The notes under the pieces were generated by a model. That model saw only the letters and a list, made by a program, of their open reading frames with translations, made no database searches and was not told the origin of the DNA. Below are positions 9,627 through 16,998 of a DNA stretch of 64,000 bases, piece by piece (the stretch's first letter is position 1; every line of letters begins with the position of its first letter). A program made the position numbers and the translations under genes. The stretch lies in the NCBI GenBank assembly GCA_005240145.1, contig SBAS01000074.1, positions 1,712-65,711 on the forward strand, given 5' to 3'. The DNA comes from Nitrosomonadales bacterium. GTDB lineage: Bacteria; Pseudomonadota; Gammaproteobacteria; Burkholderiales; SG8-39.

Positions 9627-11261
9627 GGCGCCGGCTTCAGGACAAAGGTGACGCGGCGGTTCCTCGCCCGGTCTGCTTCGGTGTCGTTGGGGGCGAGCGG
9701 TTCGGTTTCGCCCTTGCCCTCGGCAAGCAGCCGCTTCGGGTCGGCCAGTCTCGGCGTCATCAGCCGGACGACCTCCTGCGCGCGTGCCGCGGCGAGCTCC
9801 TGGTTCGAGCCGAAGCGCCGGGTCGGTGATGCATCGGCGTGGCCGGTGACGACGATCGCGCCGCGCGTCTGGTCGAGCGCCGCGGCGATTTTCTGCAGCA
9901 GCGGCCGCAGTTGCGCCGCCGGCGCCGTGCTGCCCGGCGCGAACTGGCGCTCGTGGCGCAGCGAGAGCGCGATACCCGCGCTGGTCTGTGCCACCGTTAC
10001 CGCTTCGCCTTCGAGCGCTTTGGCGAGCGCCGCGTCGGCACTGGTGAGGACCGCGCTCGCGCTGGTGAGGACCGCGCTCGCGCTCTGGGCCGCGGGCGCA
10101 ACCGTCGGCGTCGCGGCAACTGTGGTCTGCGCCACCTTGGGCTTGGACTTGTGCTTCGCCGTGAAAGTGGATTTGGATTCGTCCTCGAGCAGGCGCATGG
10201 CGAGCAGGTAGAAGACGAAACTCGCGCCGACGCAGCCGGCGAGCACGCTGTACACCGCGCGGCGCGGCACGCGCGAAAGGAAAGACCGCCTGACCGGCGG
10301 CAGCGTGTCTTCCGCGTGCGCGCCCGCAACCCTGCAGAGCCGATAGCTGCGCCGAGACCTTGGCCGCCACCTCCAGCGCGGGCGCCGCGGCGGCTTGCGT
10401 GGTGGCGCTGCGCCAGCGCGCCGAAAGCCCTTCGGGACGCGGCCTGCGCCGCGCGATGGTTTCGTACGGGCCGGAACGGATCTGGCTCAGCGATTGGCGC
10501 CCGCCGGTGGCGCTGCGGTAGCGGCCCTCGAAGCCGAGCGCGAGGCAGATGGCGTAGAACTCGAGCAGGTCGGCGTTGTCCTCGCTTGTCTGGGCTGAGG
10601 CAATCGCCTCGAGCCGCGCGAAGAACCCTTCGCCGCCGCCGGATTCACCGCACAATTCCTTGAGAAGGCCGTTGTCGATCCAAGCGCCGCCCCACGGCGT
10701 CGCCGCCGCCGATTCGTCGAGCAGGGCGCAGAGCGCATACACGGCGCTGGCGACGGTCGCATCGGGAATATCCGCCGACATCGCGCTCATCTGCAGAGAT
10801 TCGATCTGGTCGCGCAGGCTGGCGCGCAGCGCGGCAGGCTCGGGATGCTTGAGCGCGCGGCGGATCTGCGGCACCGCGCCGAGGATCGGATTGGCCATCG
10901 CGGCGAGCGCGTTGAGCCCGCCGAGCGCGGCAAGGTTCGCCTGGATGGAATCCGGCGGGGATTTCGGCGCAAACGGGTTCCGGCGCATGCGGCCCGGACT
11001 CATGCTCCGCACCGTGGAATCCTGGGCGAGTTGCGCGCGTTCGGCCGGATTCATCGTGGCGTCCGGATCGAAGATCGGGTGCCGGTCGGTGGCTTCGGGG
11101 TCCGGGCCGAGTTTGGCGGCCGGTCCGGTGAGGGTGATTTCCGGATCGAGTGCGCTTGACGGTTGCAATGCGGTCTGCGACACGGTCGCATCCGGGTCGG
11201 GCGCGGAGGCGGGCAGCGCGACCGTCGCCTCCGGATCGAATTTCTTGGATTCCTCAGCCAT
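9623..11261 (-). CDS. DotU/TssL-family protein with TM helix and C-terminal OmpA-like peptidoglycan-binding domain; reading frame broken (+1) near 10300-10350
   Basis: The frame from ATG 11261 gives DP[DE]xT repeats and then the DotU signature LLEFYAICLALGFEGRYR...GLSARWRS. The adjacent frame (track ORF 9623-10270, open from 10486) gives RSFLSRVPRRAVYSVLAGCVGASFVFYLLAM (TM helix) and an OmpA-like C-terminus (VVTGHADASP...NQELAAARAQEV...NRRVTFVL). The two halves cannot be joined without a 1-nt shift. Confidence 0.7.
10041..10082. repeat. perfect 21-bp tandem duplication (2 copies) inside the tssL-like linker
   Basis: CTGGTGAGGACCGCGCTCGCG occurs at 10041-10061 and again at 10062-10082. This gives an in-frame SASAVLT-SASAVLT on the minus strand. 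Confidence 0.9.
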
Positions 11262-11328
11262 CTTGTTGTGGTGCTTCCCCGGCCTGACTAGCCTTCAGGA
11301 CGTCATTTTAGGGGTGGAATAGCCCGGC

Positions 11329-12024
11329 ATGGCTGAATTCTATGCCCGATTCCGACCGCTGTATCCTTGCGCAGGCATGGACAAGCTCGCCGATTATTAC
11401 GCGCAACGCGCCGCCGAATACGAGCGCATTTACGCCAGGCCCGAGCGCCAGGCCGAGCTCGTTGCGCTCAAGGCGCGCCTGGGCAAAATGTTCGCTTGCC
11501 GCAAAGTGCTGGAGCTCGCCTGCGGTACGGGCTACTGGACTGAAGTGATCGCGCCGGCCGCCGCGCAGGTCACCGCCGTCGACATCAACGAGGAAGTTCT
11601 GCGCATCGCCAGAACCAAGAGCTATCCCGGGAAGCGCGTCAGCTTCGTGCAAGGCGATTGCTATGCGCCGCCCGACGCGGGCCGCGCGCACGATGCGCTC
11701 TTCGCCGGGTTCTGGTGGTCGCACGTGTCGCTGGCTAGACTGGATGCTTTTCTCGAAAAGGCGTTGCTCGCCGTCAAACCGGGCGCGCTCATCGCCTTCC
11801 TCGACAACAACTACGTCGAGGGATCCAGCACGCCGGTTGCGCGCCGCGATGCCGACGGCAACGGCTATCAGCTGCGCAAGCTCGAGGACGGCAGCCGGCA
11901 CGAGGTTCTGAAGAATTTCCCCGCCGAGAGCGAATTGATCCAGCGCGCGTCGAAGCACGGCTGGGGGGCAAACGTCGAGTTGCTCGAGCACTATTGGCTC
12001 TTGAGCTTCTGGAGCAAGTCTTGA
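11329..12024 (+). CDS. class I SAM-dependent methyltransferase
   Basis: VLELACGTGYWT (motif I) and AVDINEEVL (motif II). The start is uncertain between 11329 and 11377. Confidence 0.75.
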   Translation: MAEFYARFRPLYPCAGMDKLADYYAQRAAEYERIYARPERQAELVALKARLGKMFACRKVLELACGTGYWTEVIAPAAAQVTAVDINEEVLRIARTKSYPGKRVSFVQGDCYAPPDAGRAHDALFAGFWWSHVSLARLDAFLEKALLAVKPGALIAFLDNNYVEGSSTPVARRDADGNGYQLRKLEDGSRHEVLKNFPAESELIQRASKHGWGANVELLEHYWLLSFWSKS

Positions 12025-12854
12025 GTTCGGTCCTTGAGATCAGGGGTCCCAGGCTCGCCGCCTTCCCGCTGATCCTCGATTCGCCGCACTCGGGGCATGA
12101 GTTCCCCGCGGATTTCGGCGCCGTCGTGAGCGAGGCGGAGTTGCGCGAAGGCGAGGATTGCTTCGTCGACGAACTCTACGCGGGAGGGCCCGAGATGGGT
12201 GCGCCGCTGCTGGCTGCGCTCTGGCCGCGTACCTACCTCGACCCGAACCGCCATGCCGGCGACGTCGACCTCGAACTGCTGCAGGGACCCTGGCCCGGCG
12301 AGTACCGGCCGAGCGGCAAGGCGAAGGTGGGCAAGGCGTTGATCTGGCGCACCCTCGAAGACGGCCGGCCGATCTATGCGCGCAAGCTGACGCCGGATAC
12401 GGTCGTGAAAAGAATCGAAGGGTTTCATTTGCCGTATCACGCAAAAATAAAACAACTTCTCAGCGAGACCCATTCAAAGTTCGGCCGTGTCTATCACATC
12501 AATTGCCATTCCATGCGCGCGGTGGCGGGCAAGCAGAGCGACGACGGCGAAGGCCATGTGCGAGCGGATTTTGTCCTCGGCGACCGCGACGGCACGAGCT
12601 GCGATCCGGCCTTCACCGAGCTTGTGCGCAAGACACTCGCGGCAATGGGCTACCAGGTCAAGGTGAACGACCCCTACAAGGGCGTGGAACTGGTGCGCGC
12701 CTACTCCAATCCGCAAGCGGGGCGCCACAGCCTGCAGATCGAAATCAACAAGCGGCTTTACATGGACGAAGCAAGCCTGCGCAAGACTGCGGGTTTTGCG
12801 CTGTTGCAGAAGCATCTTGCCGCCCTGATGCGAGAAATCAAAACTTTCATATGA
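12021..12854 (+). CDS. N-formylglutamate amidohydrolase family protein
   Basis: FPLILDSPHSGHEFP and HINCHSM motifs of the FGase family. I propose the TTG at 12021, which overlaps the upstream stop (TTGA). The track start is the TTG at 11994. Confidence 0.7.
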   Translation: MSSVLEIRGPRLAAFPLILDSPHSGHEFPADFGAVVSEAELREGEDCFVDELYAGGPEMGAPLLAALWPRTYLDPNRHAGDVDLELLQGPWPGEYRPSGKAKVGKALIWRTLEDGRPIYARKLTPDTVVKRIEGFHLPYHAKIKQLLSETHSKFGRVYHINCHSMRAVAGKQSDDGEGHVRADFVLGDRDGTSCDPAFTELVRKTLAAMGYQVKVNDPYKGVELVRAYSNPQAGRHSLQIEINKRLYMDEASLRKTAGFALLQKHLAALMREIKTFI

Positions 12855-13801
12855 AAAAACGCTACACCATCGAAATTGCACCGCCGGACATCTCCGGCTA
12901 CCGCAGCGGCAACACCGGCGTCGACTACGTGCACGTGCTCGACTCGGGCAAGCCTGGGCCGAACGTCATGGTGCAGGCGCTGACGCATGGCAACGAGTTT
13001 TGCGGTGCGATCGCCTTGGATATCCTGTTCAAGGAAAAAATCAGGCCGATCCGGGGGAAACTGACGCTTGCTTTCGCCAACGTGGCGGCGTTTGAGCGTT
13101 TCGATTTCGATGATCCGGACCGCTCGCGCTACGTCGACGAGGACTACAACCGCGTCTGGGGCGACGAGACGCTGCTCGGCTCGCGCGATTCGGTCGAATT
13201 GCGCCGCGCGCGCGAGCTGCGGCCCTTCGTCGACGCCGCCGATTACCTTCTCGACCTGCATTCGATGCACGATCCCTGCCGGCCGATCATGGTCTGCGCG
13301 AAAAGCGAAAAGAGCGTGGCGCTTGCGCGCCGCATCGGCGTTCCGGGCGACCTGCTTCTCGATACCGGGCATCCGATGGGCCTGCGCATGATCGAGCGCG
13401 GCGCCTTCAACGATCCGGCCAGCCCGAAGAGCGCGGTTCTGATCGAATGCGGCCAGCACTGGGAGAAGAGCGCGGCCGACGTGGCGGAAGACACGCTGTT
13501 CCGTTTTCTCGCCACCACGGGAACGGTAAGTGCAGCAATTTGTCAAAGCCACACACGCGTCGCGCCGCCTGCGGTACAAAGGGTCGTGCGCGTCACGGAG
13601 CCCGTCGTGGCAAAGAGCAAGAACCTGAAATTCCCCCAGCCATTCAAGGGCCTGGAAGTGATTGCAAAGGCGGGAACCTTGGTTGCCACCGATGGCGACA
13701 CGACCTGGCGCACGCCCTACGACGACTGCGTGCTGGTGATGCCGTCGCTCGCGCACGTGAGACCGGGAGCCACCGTGCTGCGTTTAGGCAGGTATGATTG
13801 A
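12851..13801 (+). CDS. succinylglutamate desuccinylase/aspartoacylase (AstE/AspA, M14-like) family protein
   Basis: MKKRYTIEI...QALTHGNEFCG...DLHSM zinc-ligand pattern. The ATG overlaps the upstream stop (ATGA). The track ORF starting at 12158 is an upstream artefact. Confidence 0.75.
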   Translation: MKKRYTIEIAPPDISGYRSGNTGVDYVHVLDSGKPGPNVMVQALTHGNEFCGAIALDILFKEKIRPIRGKLTLAFANVAAFERFDFDDPDRSRYVDEDYNRVWGDETLLGSRDSVELRRARELRPFVDAADYLLDLHSMHDPCRPIMVCAKSEKSVALARRIGVPGDLLLDTGHPMGLRMIERGAFNDPASPKSAVLIECGQHWEKSAADVAEDTLFRFLATTGTVSAAICQSHTRVAPPAVQRVVRVTEPVVAKSKNLKFPQPFKGLEVIAKAGTLVATDGDTTWRTPYDDCVLVMPSLAHVRPGATVLRLGRYD

Positions 13802-14139
13802 GTTCAGAATTCTTGCCCTTGCTTTGCTCTTGTTCTCGGGCTCTGCTTGCGCCCAGATCTACCGCTGGGTAGACGCCAATGGGCGAGTCAACTTCTCGAA
13901 TGCCACTCCTTGAAGGCCACGGTGGTGGACGCGAACGCGAAGGAGGGCACGCCCTCGGCTGATAGCACCGATTGATACAGCATCCGCTGCCAGGGCGCGC
14001 GCAACGCGGTCGTGCGCGCGCGCACCGGGCTGGTAATGAAGACCTACACCTACCTGCCGACGCCCGCGGATCCGTTCGTCACCACCATCACGCTGGTGGG
14101 CGGGCGGGTGAGTGAAATAGAGCGCGTCAGGAAATTCTG
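13794..14139 (+). pseudogene. decayed DUF4124-type secreted protein gene
   Basis: MIEFRILALALLLFSGSACAQIYRWVDANGRVNFSNATP then TGA at 13911. Coding sense continues in the +1 frame (KATVVDANAKEGTPSADSTD), hits an in-frame TGA, and resumes as ...TYTYLPTPADPFVTTITLVGGRVSEIERVRKF stop. Confidence 0.5.
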
Positions 14140-14143
14140 ATTG

Positions 14144-14494
14144 CTACTTGGACGGCGGTTTGAGCATCCGCCGCACCGCCTTGCGCAGCTTCGGCAGTTC
14201 GTTCTCGACCACCGACCAGACGATGGCCGCATCGAGCAGCCGGTACTTGTGCGCCAGGTGGTCGCGCATGCCCGCGATGTTTCGCCATGGAATCTCCGGC
14301 TCCAGTCGCAGCAGCTCGAGACCTTCGGTTTGGGCGTCCTTGACCGACTGGCCGATCTGGATGAGACGCGCGGCTACCGCGTCGCGCTGCATCGGATTCC
14401 TGTCGAAGGCCTTCTTTCCCTTGCGGGTGTAGGCGGCGATGGCGTCGATCGCCCCGAGCACGTCCTGCAGGTGGTCGGTTGCCCTGCGGGACAT
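14144..14494 (-). CDS. hepT: HepT-like HEPN toxin (DUF86)
   Basis: 116 aa with the Rx4H HEPN motif (MRDHLAHKY). Lies 2 nt downstream of the MNT gene. Confidence 0.8.
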   Translation of the reverse strand: MSRRATDHLQDVLGAIDAIAAYTRKGKKAFDRNPMQRDAVAARLIQIGQSVKDAQTEGLELLRLEPEIPWRNIAGMRDHLAHKYRLLDAAIVWSVVENELPKLRKAVRRMLKPPSK

Positions 14495-14496
14495 TC

Positions 14497-15012
14497 CTAG
14501 ACGATGCGCACCGCGTCGCGCCGCGCTTGCTCGAGCACGCGGGGTTTCATCCCTGCCGCGGTGACCGCTTCGACCTTGCGCCCAAGCGCGTCCTGGAGGT
14601 CCTCGGCAAGGCCGATCAGGTCCAGCAGGCTACGGCCGGCTTCGAGTTCGACCAGGAAATCGAGATCGCTCTCCGGGCCATCCTCGTCCCGCGCCGCCGA
14701 GCCGAACAGCGCAAGCGAACGAGCGCCGTGGGCGCGCGCAAGAGTCCGCACCAGGGCTTTCTTGCGCAGCACTTCGGCCTGCGCCCGTCCAGCTGCGTAC
14801 GGGGTTTCGTTCTGCACCTCCAGGCGCAGCCCGACCGCGGCGGCCAGCTTTTCGAGCGTGGCGAAATCGCAGGTGCCGCGCGAGGCGATGCGCGACACGG
14901 TCTCCGGCCGAACTCCGGCACGTAGCGCCAGCGCTCGACGGGTTAGGCCCCGAGACCTGGCGGCAGCTGTGATGCGGACGAGAGTGGCCGTGGCGGTCGA
15001 CGGTGGATTCAT
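14497..15012 (-). CDS. mntA: MntA-like nucleotidyltransferase antitoxin with N-terminal XRE-type HTH
   Basis: N-terminal HTH (LTRRALALRAGVRPETVSRIASRG...LEKLAAAVGLRLEV) followed by the MNT motif LFGSAARDEDGPESDLDFLVEL. Confidence 0.8.
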   Translation of the reverse strand: MNPPSTATATLVRITAAARSRGLTRRALALRAGVRPETVSRIASRGTCDFATLEKLAAAVGLRLEVQNETPYAAGRAQAEVLRKKALVRTLARAHGARSLALFGSAARDEDGPESDLDFLVELEAGRSLLDLIGLAEDLQDALGRKVEAVTAAGMKPRVLEQARRDAVRIV

Positions 15013-15086
15013 GCTCTAAGAATCAACGATATTGCTTTTAAAGTCAATACTGACCATCGCGCGCGATCTGTTAGGCTGCGCGCCCT

Positions 15087-16361
15087 ATGAGTCAGGAAAC
15101 CCGCGAGAAGCCGAAGCGCGCCGTCGTCGCGGCGGTGCAGCTCTCGAACGTGAGCGACGTTGAATTCGAGGCCTCGCTGACCGAGCTGCGCCAGCTCGCG
15201 AAGACGCTGGGCTTCGAGGCCGCCGGCACTTTCACGCAGAAGCGCGCCAAATTCGACCAGACGGCGTATTTCGGCACCGGCAAGCGCGAGGAATTGCGCT
15301 TCCTCGCCGAGGACGCCGACCTCATCCTCGTCGACCATGAAATCTCCCCCTCGCAGGCGCGCAACCTCGAGAAGGAGACCGGCTGCGAGGTGATGGACCG
15401 CACCATGGTGATCCTCGAGATCTTCCACCGCCATGCGCGTTCGCGCGCGGCGCGTGCGCAGGTCGAGATTGCCCGCCTCGGCTACATGGCGCCGCGCATG
15501 CGCGAGGCGGCCAAGCTGGCGGGGCCGCAGGGCAGGGGCCGCAGCGGCGTCGGCGGCCGCGGCGCGAGCGAATCGCGCACCGAGCTCGACCGGCGCAAGA
15601 TCCGCGACCGCATCTCCGAGCTGGAAAAGGAACTCGCCGCGATGGGCGCCGAGCGCAAGACGCAGCGCGCGCGGCGGCAGGAACGCCCGGGACTCGCACG
15701 CGTGGCGCTGGTCGGCTATACCAACGCGGGCAAGTCCACGCTGATGCGCGCCCTGACCGGGAACGAGGCCCTGGTCGCCGACAAGCTGTTCGCGACGCTC
15801 GACACCACCGTGCGCGCGCTGCACCCCGAGAGCGTGCCGCGCGTGCTGGTGAGCGACACGGTCGGCTTCATCAAGAACCTGCCGCACGGCCTGGTTGCCT
15901 CGTTCAAGTCGACGCTCGACGAAGCGCTCGAGGCTTCGCTGCTGCTGCACGTCGTCGACGCGAGCGACGCGGGCTACGAACGGCAGCTCGCGGTGACCGA
16001 GGAAGTGCTCGACGAGATCGGCGCCAAGGGCGTGCCGCGCCTCATCGTCTTCAACAAGATCGACCGCGGCGGCGACGAGAGAGAGTTGCGCGCGCTCTAT
16101 CCGAAGAGCATCGTCATGAGCGCGCGCAGGGACGGCGATGTCGGCAGGCTGCGCGACGCGATCGTCGCCTTCTTCCGGCGCGACCTCGTCGAAGCCGAGT
16201 TGTTCCTGCCCTGGGCCGTGCAGCGCCTGCGCGGGGAGATATTCTCCAACTTCGAAGTGCTCGAAGAGAAGGCGGGGAACGAGGGCACGTCGTTTCGCGT
16301 GCGCGGCGAGCCCGAAGCCGTGAAGCAGTTGCGCAAACGGCTCAGCGGGAAGAAAAGCTAG
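15087..16361 (+). CDS. hflX: GTPase HflX
   Basis: HflX N-terminal domain (ISPSQARNLEKETGCEVMDRTMVILEIF), G1 GYTNAGKST, DTVGF and NKID. Confidence 0.9.
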   Translation: MSQETREKPKRAVVAAVQLSNVSDVEFEASLTELRQLAKTLGFEAAGTFTQKRAKFDQTAYFGTGKREELRFLAEDADLILVDHEISPSQARNLEKETGCEVMDRTMVILEIFHRHARSRAARAQVEIARLGYMAPRMREAAKLAGPQGRGRSGVGGRGASESRTELDRRKIRDRISELEKELAAMGAERKTQRARRQERPGLARVALVGYTNAGKSTLMRALTGNEALVADKLFATLDTTVRALHPESVPRVLVSDTVGFIKNLPHGLVASFKSTLDEALEASLLLHVVDASDAGYERQLAVTEEVLDEIGAKGVPRLIVFNKIDRGGDERELRALYPKSIVMSARRDGDVGRLRDAIVAFFRRDLVEAELFLPWAVQRLRGEIFSNFEVLEEKAGNEGTSFRVRGEPEAVKQLRKRLSGKKS

Positions 16362-16365
16362 AGAA

Positions 16366-16950
16366 CTACTTCCGCAGCTTGCCCCAGAGTTCGTCCAGGC
16401 GCGTGTAGCGGCCGCAGCCGGTCGCGTAGAACTTGTAGCGTACCGGATTCTTCTTGTAGTAGTCCTGGTGGTAGTCCTCGGCGGGCCAGAACTGCGAGGC
16501 CTTGACGATCGGCGTGATGATCGGCTGCTTGAAGGTCTTCAGCTTGTCGTATTTCACTTTCGAGGCTTCGGCGAGGCGCTTTTGCCCCTCGTCGTGCCAG
16601 TAGATTCCGGGCCGGTAAGACTTTCCGCTGTCGCAGAATTGGCGCTCCAGAGTGGTCGGGTCGTGGTTGAGCCAGAACGCATCGAGTAATTGCTCATAGC
16701 TGACTTTCGACGCATCGAATTTCACTTCGACGGCCTCGGTATGCCCGCCGGCGCCGTGGTTTTCGTAGCTCGGATGCTTTGTTCGACCGTCGATATAGCC
16801 GGAAACGGCGGACAACACGCCGGGCACTTTCTCCATGGCTTCTTCGACGCACCAGAAGCAGCCGCCAGCGAAGGTCGCGGTGGCCACGGTCTGGCCGCCG
16901 GCGGCGGCCGCGACAGACATGGCGAGTACGAAAAGCAGGTGCCGGATCAC
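16366..16950 (-). CDS. msrA: peptide-methionine (S)-S-oxide reductase MsrA with signal peptide
   Basis: GGCFWCVEEA active-site motif preceded by a hydrophobic N-terminal leader. Confidence 0.9.
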   Translation of the reverse strand: MIRHLLFVLAMSVAAAAGGQTVATATFAGGCFWCVEEAMEKVPGVLSAVSGYIDGRTKHPSYENHGAGGHTEAVEVKFDASKVSYEQLLDAFWLNHDPTTLERQFCDSGKSYRPGIYWHDEGQKRLAEASKVKYDKLKTFKQPIITPIVKASQFWPAEDYHQDYYKKNPVRYKFYATGCGRYTRLDELWGKLRK

Positions 16951-16998
16951 GGGTCAGGTTCCTCCAATGCCGGTAAGTCGTTGGGGGCGGAAGAATCC

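Noticed and set aside
8499-11261. The 920-aa track ORF read as one giant protein.
   Set aside because: Only its first 310 or so and last 375 or so residues look like real protein (DotU domain and TssM-like NTPase). The middle 230 or so aa is Arg/Gly/Ala-rich out-of-frame translation of a region whose adjacent frame encodes a clean TM helix plus OmpA domain. An ATGA-coupled internal start at 9626 begins the NTPase.
8499-11261. Calling this locus a type VI (or type IVB) secretion gene cluster.
   Set aside because: No sheath, tube, spike, baseplate, ClpV or Dot/Icm genes are anywhere in the window, and the TssM-like protein lacks all membrane and periplasmic parts. I report it as an orphan module, not a secretion system.
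3345-13801. Upstream-extended track ORFs for iscS (3345), the AstE-like gene (12158), boxB (22303), QOR (31431) and hcrC (31195).
   Set aside because: The N-terminal extensions are compositionally junk and overlap upstream genes. Internal ATG or GTG codons coincide with the conserved family N-termini, often with start/stop overlaps or Shine-Dalgarno sequences.
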